From: Prorocentrum cordatum
Lineage: Eukaryota
DNA length: 64,000 bases
Assembly: GCA_963575745.1 (NCBI GenBank)
Contig: CAUYUJ010000002.1
Location: forward strand, 434,001-498,000
Reading direction: 5' to 3'
The position numbers and the translations under genes were made by a program. Below the pieces are notes generated by a model. It was not told where the DNA came from. It worked only from the letters and a program-made list of their open reading frames with translations, and did no database searches. Positions 37,801 to 50,529 of this stretch are shown in pieces; position 1 is the stretch's first letter, and each line of letters begins with the position of its first letter.

Positions 37801-40800
37801 CATCGTCATCAGCATCACCATCATCACCATCCATTTTGGCTCATTCGGCGGCTGGACGTTGTTCACGTCTTCGCCTCCCTGGGCCGGCCGCGTGCGCCAC
37901 CGCCTTCGCAGGCGAGACATGGGTAACAACACGGGCGAGAATGTGGTGATCCGCAGGCTCGCACAGCGCGTGCGACACCTCGATTTCAAGCTGAAGGAGC
38001 TGGAGCGTTACTCCCAGGAGAGGGGAAGGATCGCGAAGGTGCCGCAGGCAGAGTACATCGAGAAGGTCGTCGAGGCGCCGAAGGTCGTGACCCGAGAGGT
38101 CGAGCAGATCGTGGAGGTGCCGCAGGAGGAGTACATCGAGACGGTCGTCCACGTGCCGAAGTTCGTGAAGGAAGAGGTCGAGAAGTTCGTGAAGATGCCG
38201 CAGGTTGAGCACGTCGGGTAGATCGTCGAGATGCCACAGGTTGAGTACGCCGAGAAGATCGTCGATATGTCCATGGGTGTGACCGAGAAAATCGAGAATA
38301 TCGTGAAGGCGCCGAAGATTCAGAAGAAGGGCGCTGGGAAGATCGTGGAGGTGCCGCAGGCAGAGTGCGCCGAGAAGATCGTCGAGGTGCCGATGGCTGT
38401 GGCCGGGATCGAGGACGTGATCATGCCGCAGGTAGAGTCCGTCAAGAAGACCGTCTGCGTGCCACAAGACATGACCCACGGGATCGTGAAGGTCGTGGAA
38501 GCGCCGCAGGAAGAGTACGTCGAGCAGATCAGCAGGATGCCGAAGGTCGTGACAGAAGAGGCCGAGAAGGTCTTGGAGGCGCCGCGGGTAGAGCACGTCG
38601 CGAAGATTGTCGAGGCGTCGAAGGCTGTGACCGTAGAGGTCGAGAAGGTCGTGGGGGTGCCGCAGGTGGGGCACATCGAGACGATCGTCCACGTGCCGAA
38701 GGTCGTGGCCCATGAGGGCGTGAAGGGCGTGGAGGTGCCGCAGGTAGAGTGCGTCGAGAAGATCGCCGAGGCGCCGAAGGTCGTGACCGAAGAGGCCGAG
38801 ATGAGGTCGAGCAGACCGAGGAGGCGCCGCAGGCAGAGTACGTCGAGAAGATCGTCGAGGTACCGAAGGTCGAGTCCCGCTTGGACGCTGCGGGGGGGGG
38901 GCTTTTTGGATGGCTTCATCCCGATGCAGGATATGGTCAAGCCTCTGACCGCCAGGGTCCAGGCCTGCAGAACAGAGACCGGGGACGTGGGAAACTAGTT
39001 CACCAGCTTGGTGCGCGAGCTGGAGCGGGAGGCATGCGGCCTCTGCAGGAAACTCGAGCACGTAGGCTACGAGACATGAGGAGTTCACCTGAGTTCCGTA
39101 TGGTTATGCTTGGCTGGTCGTGCGCCGCCGTAGCGGGAGCTGAGAGCCAAAGGCAAGAGGCAATAGGCATCATCACCATCGTTATCGTCATCGTCATGGT
39201 CATCGTCGTCATCCGTAGCCCCAGCATCATCAGCAGCAGCGTAAACATCAACATCATCATTTCTCTCGTCAGCATAACCGTCATCATCATCATCATCGTC
39301 GACCTCGCCGTTGGCGTCGTAATCATCTTCGTCGTCATGACCCACATCGACATCGCCATCACCACCATCACCGTCGTCAGCGGCATTATGATCGTGAGTC
39401 TCTTTGTCGTCATCATCAGCATCCTCAGCATTTTCATCACTATCAACAGAATCAGTATCAATATCATCATCATAAACATCACCATCCTCACCATCACCAT
39501 AATCAGCATTGACACCATCACCATCCGCATCATCATCGTCATCATCAATATGATGTCATCATGTCCTTCCTCCTCATCCTGCTCCTCCTCCGTTTCCTCG
39601 TCCTCTGTTTCTTCTTATTTCCATCAGTCGTTCTCTCTTTCTCTCTATACGTATCTCTCCCTCCTCCTCCTTCTCGTACACTTCGTCCTGCGCACCCCGT
39701 TCTCCTGAGCCTGCTTGTGCTCCATGTCCTCCCCATATGATGATTATCCTCCTCCCTCCTTTTTCTCCTTCTCTTCATCTCGAGCCCCTGCCTTCTCGTT
39801 ATCCATCCTTTGTCCTTCTCTCCTCGACCTTGTTCCTCCCTTTCGTTTCCTGTGCTTCGCCCCTCCGCTTCGATCCCCTCTTCTTCGCACCTCCTCCCCC
39901 TCCTCGCCTCTCGCTGCCCCTCGCTCCTCCCCGCTCCTCGCTCCGCCTCATCGCCTCCTTCGTTCCTCCTCGGGCAGGCCGCGGGCGTGGGAGGCGTGCG
40001 TCGCGAGCCTCCTCGCCCCGCCCGCCGCCGCCGCACGTGGCCTGCTCCCGCGCGGGCCTTCCCGGTAGCCCCAGGGGAAGTGTTGGGCGGTCGACCGCAC
40101 ACGCCGCAAGCGCCTCGCCCCGTTTTTCGGTAGCGAATCCCGGGGGCCTGCTAGACCCTCCTCCTCCTCCTCCTCCTTTCCCGCCTCCTCCTCCTCCTTT
40201 TCTTCCTCCTCCTCCTCCTCCTCCTCCTCAGCCTCCTTTTCCTCCTCATTCAATCTCTAACGTCGATTAGCGTCTGGGAGTCGATGAGATGTGCCGATCT
40301 AGCATCGATGAGCGTGGATCTAGCGTCGATGTAACGTCGACTGGCGTCGATTCGCAAGAGCCGACAAGATGGTATGGGAGGTTCCCATGAGTTGCCACCG
40401 AACCCTTCTTCCCCCCCCCCACCCCTTGGGGGCTCGGCCCCCCCCCCACCCACCTTCAGAGGAGGAAGAGGTACCCATTTCTCGCCTTTTTTACCCTTTT
40501 TCCGGCCTCCTGGGAGGCCCTCGTCGCCACCGCTGGATTCGCTTCGAAATCCTGGAGAGGTCCAAGGAGTGGCGGTCTGTGTGCCTTTCGTTTTCTGCAC
40601 TCACCCTGGAGTGTCTCGGAAGCGCCGGGGGGGGAGGGGGAGGTGGAGGTGCGCGACTCCAGAAGGAGGAGGAGGAGGAGGAGGAGGAGGAGGAGGAGGA
40701 GGAGGGGGAGGTCCACGACAGCAAAGTACCCCTCCTCGTTGGCACGCGCGACAGCGAGCCGGCTTGCCCGCTCGGCGGCCAGACGCTGCGCCTCGCGGCC

Positions 40801-40868
40801 AAGCTGCTCAGCCTGGCCGCGCGTGCTAAGTCCCAGTGCCGGGGAGGCATCGTGCAGCGCCACTCTTG
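31326..40868 (+). CDS. Six phase-compatible exons of an uncharacterised host gene: 31326-31440, 31779-32086, 35907-35953, 36868-36909, 39978-40055, 40783-40868
   Basis: Each exon follows CAG and precedes a GC donor, and the phases chain (2,1,0,0,0) with no stop: ARQDSPCGVLDCDVHE...TISKKR/LGKPRGD...LEVDVWGIHDDARLAPA/APEEEEEWYFDRYACK/VDVVVEPVAELHLE/AAGVGGVRREPP...PAR/TLRLAAKLLSLAARAKSQCRGGIVQRHS. No recognised domain. Confidence 0.5.
33630..34040. repeat. Degenerate short tandem repeat (TGCACCACATA core)
   Basis: Direct inspection. Confidence 0.75.
37831..37843 (+). other. Relict DinoSL
   Basis: CCATTTTGGCTCA (13/13 of the SL core) directly after a (CAT)n tract and 75 nt before the ATG at 37919. 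Confidence 0.75.
37919..39079 (+). pseudogene. Intronless alveolin/articulin-like (IMCp-type EKIVEVPQV repeat) processed pseudogene
   Basis: MGNNTGENVVIRRLAQRVRHLDFKLKELERY followed by many VPQxEYxEKIVEVPK repeats. In-frame TAG at 38219-38221, frameshifts near 38800 and at the G-run ~38895, stop at 38996, coiled-coil-like tail. Relict SL upstream. Confidence 0.8.
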
Positions 40869-41437
40869 GCGCGTCGCGCCCCGCCGAACGTCCTCACGGC
40901 CGAAGCTTGAACCGCCATTGGTTCGCTCGAACCGGAGCCCCCCTCCCTCTTCTTCCCTCCGTCAACAATCTTCCTCCCTCCGCCCTGTTCCTCCCTCTTC
41001 CTCCATCCTCCCTCCCCCCTCCCTTCCTCCCTCCCTCCCTCCTCCCTCCTCCCTCTTCGCAATCATGGATCAAGGGGGCGTGGATTAGCGACGGGTCCCG
41101 TTTCCATGGGAGATCGCGGATTTCCGCCGCCGAGCCAGGCGGCACCCGCCGCATTTTGGGGAGGGCACCTCCCTCGATCCATGGACTTGGCGACCGCTCG
41201 ATCCATGGATTTGGCGACCGCTCGCCAAACCCATGGATCGCTAACCCATGCTTGCGCGCCCCCGACCTGCGGCACCGGTGCCGCCCCGTTCCTGGTGTGG
41301 CCTCCCCCCCCCCGCCTGGTGGCGGTGGGGGGAGGAGGCGACGGGCCACGCGTCGCGGGCACCCTGCGTGACAGCAGACGCGCGGCACCCAGGCCTGCGT
41401 CTCGCCTCCTGTCTCCCTGCCTCTCCCTCCCTCCCTC

Positions 41438-41476
<39 letters not shown>

Positions 41477-44400
41477 TGTTTGTTCTCTCTCCCTCTCTCT
41501 CTCTCTCTCTCCCTCCCTCCCTCTTTTACTCTATAGCTTTCTCTCACGCTCTCTCTCACGCTCTCCCGCTCTCACTCTGTATCTCTGCCTCTCACACACA
41601 TTCTCTCACTCTATCTATCTCTCACTCGCTTCATACGTCGTTCTCTCTTCCAGCGCGCAGTTCTTGCCAACACGTTCTAACACGTTCCTCATCCCTCTTT
41701 CCTCTTCTCCTCCCTGCCCCCTCCTACCCCCTTCCCCCGCCAACCTCCTGCCTGTTCCCCCCCGACGCGGGGGCGAAGATGAGAGTCGCCAAGGCACCGC
41801 CAACACTCGACGAGTGGTTGTACGGCCCTGACGGGTGACGCTGGTGTGGGCGCGGGAGTACGGCGCGCACACGACCAGCAGCGCTGCCGCGCGCGCCCCG
41901 AGAGCGCGCGTGGGCGGCGAGAGCGACATAATCGCAGCTCGACATGTCGCGAAAGGGCTCCTCCCTCCCTCTTTGTCCTTGCCTTACCAGTTTGAAACAT
42001 ATCCCTATCCAGTGTTTGGCATCACTTGACCTCGATGCCGATCTTGAGGATCTCTCGGAGCTTTGAGGGCACATCCCTGATATTGTCATCGCTTTTTGCT
42101 CGCCAATTCATGGGATAGGGATAAGCTCGAGGCTGTTTTTTTTGGGGGGGGGAACGAACACCGACGTAAACATACAACTCGGTCCGCGCGGACTTTTCGG
42201 ATCGGCGCTGGGGGCCCTTGGCGGCGCCTCCGGCGCCGCCCCTGGCACGCTCCGCGCGCCAGGGAGGGGGGTCGAGCGCGGATCCAAGAAACCCGCGCGG
42301 ACCTCCGCGTTTTCATGTTTATGTCATTCTTCGTTTCCCTATTTTCCTCTCCATCCTCCCTCCTTCCCCCCTCTCCCCCTCCCCCTGCCTCCTCGCCTCC
42401 GCCGTGTGACCGCAGTAGCGAGCGGCAAACAGTGCCTGCTGGCGCGGCGAGCCTGCGCAAGTGTTTCTGTCATGTTACACGTTCCCCTATGACTGCCCCC
42501 CTCCCGCCCTCTCCCCGTCTGCCCCCGCGCCCCGCTGGCCCAGGCCCCTCTGGGCGACGCCCTCGTGCCGGTCCGCAGGGGCCGCGCCCTCGGAAGAGCC
42601 GGCCCCCTCCAGCCCGGGCGGGGGCGAGGCGACGACGGCGCACCCAGCGGGCGTGCCGAGGGGGGGGAAGTGAGAGATTGGACGGGGCCAGGGCTCGGAG
42701 GAGGAAAAGGTACCCAAGCCTGTACCCTTCCCTCGTTTTTCTCTTTTTTGGAGCCTCTTGGGAGGCCTCGTCGCCACCACTGGATTCGCCTCGAAATCCT
42801 GGTCAGAACGCGCCCCAGGAGAGGGCCGTGGGGTAGCGGTATCGGATCCCTTCCGTTTCTCCAAGGACGAGGAGAAATCCGTTCCAGAGTGTTGCGGAAC
42901 GCTCTCAAAGCGTTCTGGAACGTTCTGAGGAGGCCGCGGCTCCCGAGACATCCTCGAGACCCACCAGATCTCAGAGACTCTTGCCTTATCCTCACCCGAT
43001 GTTGTTCTCGTCCTGGCTTCGTCTTGAGTGAGAGGGGGCTAGGTCTCTCGATGAGGCATCAGGTGTCAGGGGGAGGGAGAGGGAGCGGGCCTTCTCAGAA
43101 GGCCACTGGGCTTTTCAGATGGCGTCGCGGCGTGTCAAAACCCCCCCGGTCTTCAGAGAGGCCATGCGTGGATTCGGAAAAGGTTCCGAAGGCGCCCCCA
43201 TTTGCCCCCCCCCCCCCGTGTGGGCGCGCCCCAGGCACACTTTTCCGTCGGCGGCCGGTCGACTGCCTTCGCAACGAGTACCAGTGCGGGCCGCACCCAG
43301 TTCAGCTATCACCTGGCGTTGCAAATGGGGGGTCAGGACGTGGCTGACGCGCCTGGAAGACAGAAGAGAAGGGCGGCGGAGCGGGTGCATGTGGAAGACA
43401 GACATGCAGACAGGTGAGCGGTGCCTCCCGAGCAGTGCAGAAGGGAGACTCACTCGCGCGACCATCGCGGCCCGTAGCCCACTGAATGGCACGGGGCGGC
43501 GGTCGGCGGTGCGGAGTGGCAGCAGCGCAGCAGGCCCAACTGCGAGGGCGAGCAGCGTGGACTGCCCCTCGTGACCCGCTGACGGGGGATCGGGAGGGCG
43601 CCCGAGAAGACTGGGGAGAGGGCCCAACGAAATACGAGGCGTGGACGGCGGTAACGCGGGCGTGAACGCGGGCGTGAGGCAGAGACCCACGCGCCAGAGT
43701 GCAGACCGGGGACACCCACGGCTCACCGGGCCAGTCGGGAAGAAGCAGCGGGCGCCGGCAGCCGCCCCCTCCCGCCAGAGGCGAGAGTGGCGTGCGCAGG
43801 CCGGGCAGGACGTCGGCGCCTCTGCCAAGCGAGGAGGCCACGTGGACGCGCGGCCCTCGGATCCCGGGCGTGGGTGGCCGTCGCGTGGCGGTGCGGAGCG
43901 GGGCGAGCCGCGGAGAGGTGCCACGATGCGGAGAGGGCGCCCAAAGGCGAGTCCGGCCCCAGAGGCCCGAATGTCAAGCAGTGGCGAAGCGTCCTGGCGT
44001 GCCCTAGAGGCCTACCAGCCGATGTTCTAAGAACCTTCTGTGGTCCGCACGAGCTGTTCGGAGACCACTTCTGGCCGGCGCTGACTTGTTTTCAGAACCT
44101 TGTTCTAAGAACCTTGTTTTTGTTCTTGGAGCATGTTCGGGTTCTAAGAAAATTTCATGGTGGGCCTATAGAAATGAGAAATGCCGGAACGGTCGGTCTC
44201 TGCTCAAGCGTGGGTGGTCCCGCACAGGCACCCTGACCGCACGGGGGGCAGGTAGACTTATGCCGCCGACGCGCAAATGCTTGGGCGGTCGCGGCCTTGC
44301 GCGCGGCGACGAGGCGGGAAGTCCCCAAGCGGCTGGAGCGCGTGCGCCGCGGGCCCCTCAGAAGATGGGGCGGGGCTCCAAAGGTATCGACCTCACCAAG

Positions 44401-46773
44401 TGCATACCCAGGCGTGGGCAGCGCAGGCGCAGGAGGTGCAGGAGGTCGGCGGCGGGCGAGGGGGGGAAATGAGAAGGAGAAGGCCGTCTCAAAAGGCAGC
44501 TGGGCTCGCGCCTTCTGAGAAGTGTTCTGTGCCTCCGGGGGAAGCCCTGAACACTTCTCAGAAGGCCGGGGGACGTCTGAGCCTTCTGTGAAGGCCCGCC
44601 CCCTCTCACTCGACTAGACGTGAGTGCGACCTTTCGCCGGAGTGGCCTTTGGTGCGGGCTCATCGGGAGCCCCCCGACCGCTGAGCGCGATGCGCGATGG
44701 CGGCTGCTTGCACGCTTGGATTTGGCCACCTTGCGCCCCCTTCATCCGCGCACCACAGGTCACTCTTACCCAGGGTCACTCTTGCGCGTAGCCGCCTCAC
44801 TTCCCCCTGGGGCTGGCCGCCGAACACACACGCGCACATACACACACACACACGCACACACACACACACACACTTACGGTAGGTTCGTGTCGTGTCGACC
44901 GGCGGCGACCCCGCCAGCGGCGTTCAACGTTGCACGCCGCGGTCGACCCAGAGTCGTTCGATGTGGAACGATTTGGACGTTTCGGAAACGGCCCATCGTT
45001 CAAGGTTGAACGGTCCCCGCGGTGTCGGAAACCGACGCCGAAGTCGGCACGGCACGAACCTGACGTACAGGCACACACTCACACCTCCGACGCTCGTGTC
45101 GGTACCCAGGGCTGGACCTAAACGGTGTGTTTGGTGATTTCGTGGGCCGTTCTCGTTTCGACTTCGTTTTTTGCGGTAAAGGCGGGCGGATTCGAGACAC
45201 GAGCACAGAACGAAAACGAAAAACACCGTTCATGTTCGGCCCTGTCGGCACCAAGCGCCGACGGCGTGTCCAGGGCTCCAGGGCCACGCCGCGCCTGGAG
45301 CGTGCTCGAGGGCCGGAGGCCCCCCCCCCCGGCGCTGCGGCCAGGCGCAGCTTCAGAGGCTGCAGGCCTCCTCGGCCCTGGGCCATTGGGGTCTGGGCCT
45401 CCCAGAGGGGGTCGGAGTAGATGGGGTCGGAGGGTCCCGGATGGGGCCGGAGTAGATGGGGTCTAGGCCTCCTGGATGGGGTCGGAGTAGATGCATCGCC
45501 GATGCATCGGCGATGCATCGGCGATGCGGTTCGATGTGGGGCCCATTTTCTCCACGCCGACGTCGCGGATGTATCGCCGACGTCGCCAGGTGCATGGTGG
45601 ATGCATCCCCGATGCATTGGCGATGCATCGCCAATGTATCGGCGATGCGGCGAGATCCTCCGACCCCATCTACTCGGACCCCATCTAAGAGGCCTCCACG
45701 GGGGGAGGAGGCGGCGAGGGAGCAGTCCTCTACCCTTCTCTATCCCGTTTTTCCTCCTTCCCCTCCTCGTTCTTCTGTTTTATTCTCATCTTAGCTGTGC
45801 CAGCATGGTGGATTTTTGTTGTTTCCGTGCTTCCGAGGGTCCATAGGCGCCGCCTTGTCTTTTGGGTGCATTTTGCCCCTTGAGTGGACTTGGGACTCAA
45901 GTGTGCAGCCGTGCGACAAAAGCGCAATGGGGGGGGCATAACTGATGGGGCAGCGAGGGCTGCAGAAATGGTGCTCTTGTAGAGCCCCTAACGGGGCCCT
46001 TTAGGGCCCCAAAGGGGACCTTTAGTGCCCGAGAAGTGCACCTTTCTCCCCCCCCCCCGCATGTATCGCCCTCCCATTCAGCGACGTCCAAGGGAGGCAG
46101 GCTTTTTCGGCTACGCGCAAGAGTGACCTTTCGCCAGAGTGACTTTTGGTGCGGGCTGACTGGGATCCCCATTGCTGAATTCGATTCGATTGTATCAGCT
46201 TTTGCGCTTGGATGTTGCCCCCGTCGCGGCCCCCCAATTCCGCGCGCCAAATGTCAATCTTGCCCAGGGTCACCGTTGCGTGTAGCCGAGTTTTATTATG
46301 TGGATCCCATCGGCGTTCTCCTTCACTTCCTCGTCGTCGTCAGGTCGCCGTCGTCGTCAAGACGTCGTCGTGGTCGAGTTATCGTCGACCCGACCCGAGC
46401 CAAGTCGCCAAGCCGTCCTCGCCATCGTGCTGTGCAGTTGTTGCTTTTGTGTAGGCTCCGGCGGCCTCGAGCACAGCAGGCCTCCCGATGAGCGGCAAGC
46501 CCAGGGCTCGTTTCGATTCCTCCGATTCGATTCGATTTCGATGGCTTCCGATTCCGATTCGATTCGATTTCGGATTCCGATTTGGGCTCCGATGTTTTTA
46601 TTGGACGCGTACCAGCCTGCCGATTTCCGCTGATCCGATTCATTTCGACCTCCGATCGACTTCTCGATTCGATCCCGGGCTCTCCTCCAGGCCGCCACGG
46701 GCCTCTCGAGGCCGCTCGACGGGGCAGGGGCAGGCACGGGCGCCTCCCCGTCCGTGCCCTCGTGCCCCCCTGC

Positions 46774-46800
<27 letters not shown>

Positions 46801-46807
<7 letters not shown>

Positions 46808-46927
46808 TGTTGGCTCAAGAATCTTCAGGGAGCAGGACCCTGCCGAGACTTTCGTCGTCGCCGTCGTCGTCGTCGCCATTTTGACCTCGCGTCGTCGTCG
46901 TCGTCGTCGTTGCCATTTTGGCCGAAG
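46801..46927 (+). other. Cluster of three degenerate DinoSL copies, each preceded by (GTC)n
   Basis: GCCATGTTGGCTCAAG (46804-46819, 15/16), GCCATTTTGACCTC (46875-46888) and GCCATTTTGGCCGAAG (46912-46927, 14/16). Confidence 0.7.
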
Positions 46928-48188
46928 CTTTCTAGTCCGTCCGCCCGCACTGACCGCCAGCATTTTGTTCGGCCAGCCTCACCCCTGAGGCATTCGCACC
47001 CACAGGTTCCTTCATGTTCGCTGGGCTGCCATCCGCCGCTTCTTCGGGCTTCCCTACCGCAGCTGCCGCCGCGACACCACCCGCCGCAGGTGCAGCTCCC
47101 GCTTCTCATGTCATGCTGCTGATATAAACGTAGATGGCACCAAGAAGGCGCGTGTGGACGCCCGCATCTTCCCGAGGGCCTCGACCCTGGTGAGGCGCGC
47201 CTTTTCCGAGCCCTGACCGCAGACTTTCGTGCCACCCTGGCGGTTTCGGTTTCGCCCCCTCCAAAGTAAGTATGACCGCTGCATCGGGAATATCAACAAC
47301 ACATCCAAGACGGTGACTGACTTGAATAATGATTTCATCGACTTGACTGCCAGAGTGAGTGTGCTAGAGAACGGCGGAGTCAATGCACCCCCTCTGCACC
47401 ACCATCCTTTCGCCCTGTCTGCTCCTTCGCCTTGCGCGCACTGCCCGACGTACTGACTGCTTCTGCTTCCGCAGCTATACCATTTTGGTTCTAGGGAAAC
47501 GGAAAAGGAGCGAGCCTGCGGCGCGCGCGCGTGCGTCGGCCGGCGGACCGGCCTCCTCCCTTCAGTGCTACCTTCGTGTATGCTTGACGGAATTATCCCT
47601 TCTTGTCCATGTCATCGGCGGAGCCCACTGACCATGATACATTACCAGAACATTTCGCAGGGATTGTGAAGATCCCGGCAAAAGAGTGGTTACCAGCCGG
47701 AACGACGGCACAGCCGTTAGGTTCGCAGAGCATGGGATCACAAGAAGGAGCGTTCCGACGAACAGAAGATCGCTACCCTTCCGAGCGCAACGAAGGTCTA
47801 GGCTTTCCAACGAGGCGACAAACTCTTCTTAACCTCCCCAGGAAGCAAGCATCATATATTGTGTTTGACTGGACAGAAGGGGATTCATCGGTTAATTCGG
47901 CGACAAGGCCCAGAGCACAGTCATCTGGCGGAAGGTGTGGCACAGCCAAAACTTCGGCCGAGGGACCATCTGACTTGGTATCGGTACGCCCTGGCTTTCA
48001 GCCATCGATTGACATAGATCTTGAAATGGAACAGTTGTTGGACCACGTCCCCATTGGAATTTCGGTCGCCGAAAGTCTCGGCGCAGGACATGCGGCGCAG
48101 TTTGCGATGCATGGACAGGGCGAGGATTCGAGCGACTTGAAATAGGATGGGGATTGTTCTCGTTCGATTGAACAGACCGAAGAATATA

Positions 48189-49852
48189 ACCTCATGCCCG
48201 TGCGAATAAACACTAGGGGATAATAAAGTTCGGGGTTCAGGGAGAGATAATAAAAGTAGCCCAGCCGACCTCAGCATAGTCTCGAAGTAAGAGATGATCA
48301 AGAGGAGACCAAGTCGAGCACGTTTTGAGACATCATTGGCGTTTAGTTTTCATAGAAATATCCTCAACAATGGCTTATCTCGCTGGAGACATCCTCGACA
48401 AATCCCTTGTTTCGCTTGAGACATCCGCAAACTATTGCTTATTTCGCTTGAGACACAGTCGAACTATTGCTTATTTCGCTTGAGACATCCTCGAAATAAT
48501 TGTGGTTTTCGCTTGTAACGTCCTCAACTTATTGCTGATTTCGCCTGAAACATCCTGAAACTATTGCGTATTTCGCTTGAGACATTCTTAAGAAACGCAT
48601 CGCTTCGCTTCAGACATCTATATGCTGGTTTCGCTTCGGGCATTCTCGAGTATATGCTTGTTTCGCTTGAGACATCCTCGGAATAGTTCATCCGCCTCGG
48701 CGTCCCTAGATAATCAACGGCGGCGATAATAAAGTTCAGGCGGGCGGAGGAATGGAGGAAACTGTATATAAAAAAAGAAAAATAAAAATAATAAAGAAGA
48801 AAATAAAAGAAATGATCGGAGGAGGAGAAGGACGAAGCGAAGAACAAATCTCGAGTTTCAAATCTATTAGATTTTATTACAAGCGCTTTATGAAAATTGT
48901 GTTTTGTAAGTGCTCGTGTAGGGTAGCTCACGTGCCTCAATTTCCATGGATAATCAACCCCAGAGACAAAAAAAGTTCAGGCGTGCGTGGGAACAGAGAG
49001 AAATATAAAAGAAGAAAAATACAGTAGAATAATATTCAGAAAGAAGAAGAATAATAGGATAATAAGAAGAGGACGAAGAAAGGAAAAATCCAAAGTTCCA
49101 AACCTATCAATTTTAATTTACAAACGCTTTATAAAAATTGATTTGTTTAAGTGCTCGTGTAGGGTAGCTCATGTGCTTCATTTTCCATGGATAATCAACC
49201 CCAGGGATAAACACGTTCAGGCGAACGTGAGGACACATAGAAATATACAAGAAGAAGAGGAACATATAATAATAATAGGAAGAGAAGAAGAAGAGAAGAA
49301 GAATAAGAGAAGAATAACGGAAAAATGGAAAGTTCCAAATCTACCAATGTTAATTTACAGGCGCTTTATGAAAATTGATTTTTTAAAGTGCTCATGTAGG
49401 GTAGCTCATGTGCTCCTCTTTCCATGGATAATCAACCCCAGAGATAAAAACAAGTTCAGGCGCGCGCGGGGGCAGATACATATATAAAAAGGAAGATAAT
49501 AAAACATATAAATAAAAAAGAAAAAACTTGCTGGTTTGGCTTGAAACATCCTTGAGACATCCTCACATAATGCTGGTTTCGCTTGAGACATCCTTGAAAC
49601 ATTGCTCGTTTCGTTTGAGTCTGCCTCCCAAAATTATTGGTTTCGCTTGACACATCCTGAAAAGTGTGATCGCTTCGCTTGATGTTGCTATATCAACATC
49701 GCTTGATGTTGCTATCTCAACATAGCGTTTCGAGGTGATAATGAAATTCGGCCGCAGCGCTCGCCGCCCAATTTGGATTTTTTATAGGGCGACGATAATC
49801 AACTCTAAACACTGAAGGGGGGGGGGTCCCTTCATTATCATCGGCATGCGGT
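48189..49852. mobile_element. AT-rich non-autonomous DNA-transposon-like insertion with subterminal repeats
   Basis: TA|ACCTCATGCC ... GGCATGCGGT|TA. About 32-bp repeats TTTCGCTTGAGACATCC near both ends and a ~240-bp unit x3 in the centre. Confidence 0.55.
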
Positions 49853-50529
49853 TACCCGATTCCACACCTCGCCTGGTCCATTGCATCATCTCGACCCTCT
49901 CCCCGATCGGAATGTCGGGCTCGCCTCGGGCTCAGACCCGTTAGTGAGCACGGCGGTTGACCATGTAACGGTTGAGTCCAGTCATAAGGCCATCTTTTGA
50001 TTCGGACGACGATCTCGAAGACGGAGGAAACCCAGACCGAGGTGGATGCCAGTAGGCACAGGCGATGTCGATCTACCCCGACGTCATGCGCGCAACGATG
50101 AATACGCGAGAAAGTACAAGCGTGGCTCCCCGTCCATTGACGAAGAAGCCGAAGGGTGAGAACGATGACTAAAATACCTCGCCCTTACTGCAGGGTTTCT
50201 ACAGACCAGACTTCTCATTACCCAGGACTAACAGTGACAGGGTACCAGAACTCGGTGAGCGCGTAATGCAGGACGAAAGAGATGATTTAGCACAGAGCAT
50301 GGACGTTGATATCATCAAGAGGAGTGCGAGAACAAGTGAAGAACACTTTTTTTAACCATCCATCGGAGCCCTGTGGCAGAGGAGCAAGAAGGAGGGGATG
50401 GGGGGGAGGACCAGTTAGGTGCGTTCGCGTCAACATCTGACATCCTACCCCTCCCTCCCATCCCTCACCATGGCGCTGAGTTTCTCTATCCGCGGACGCG
50501 TGTCGTAGCGGACCTGTGGCTCCGCGCGC

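Noticed and set aside
48320..48680. CRISPR-like array of TTTCGCTTGAGACATCC
   Set aside because: Period of about 32 bp with short, mutually similar spacers. It is a degenerate tandem repeat.
48752..49487. K/I-rich ORFs
   Set aside because: Translations of the triplicated AT-rich repeat unit.
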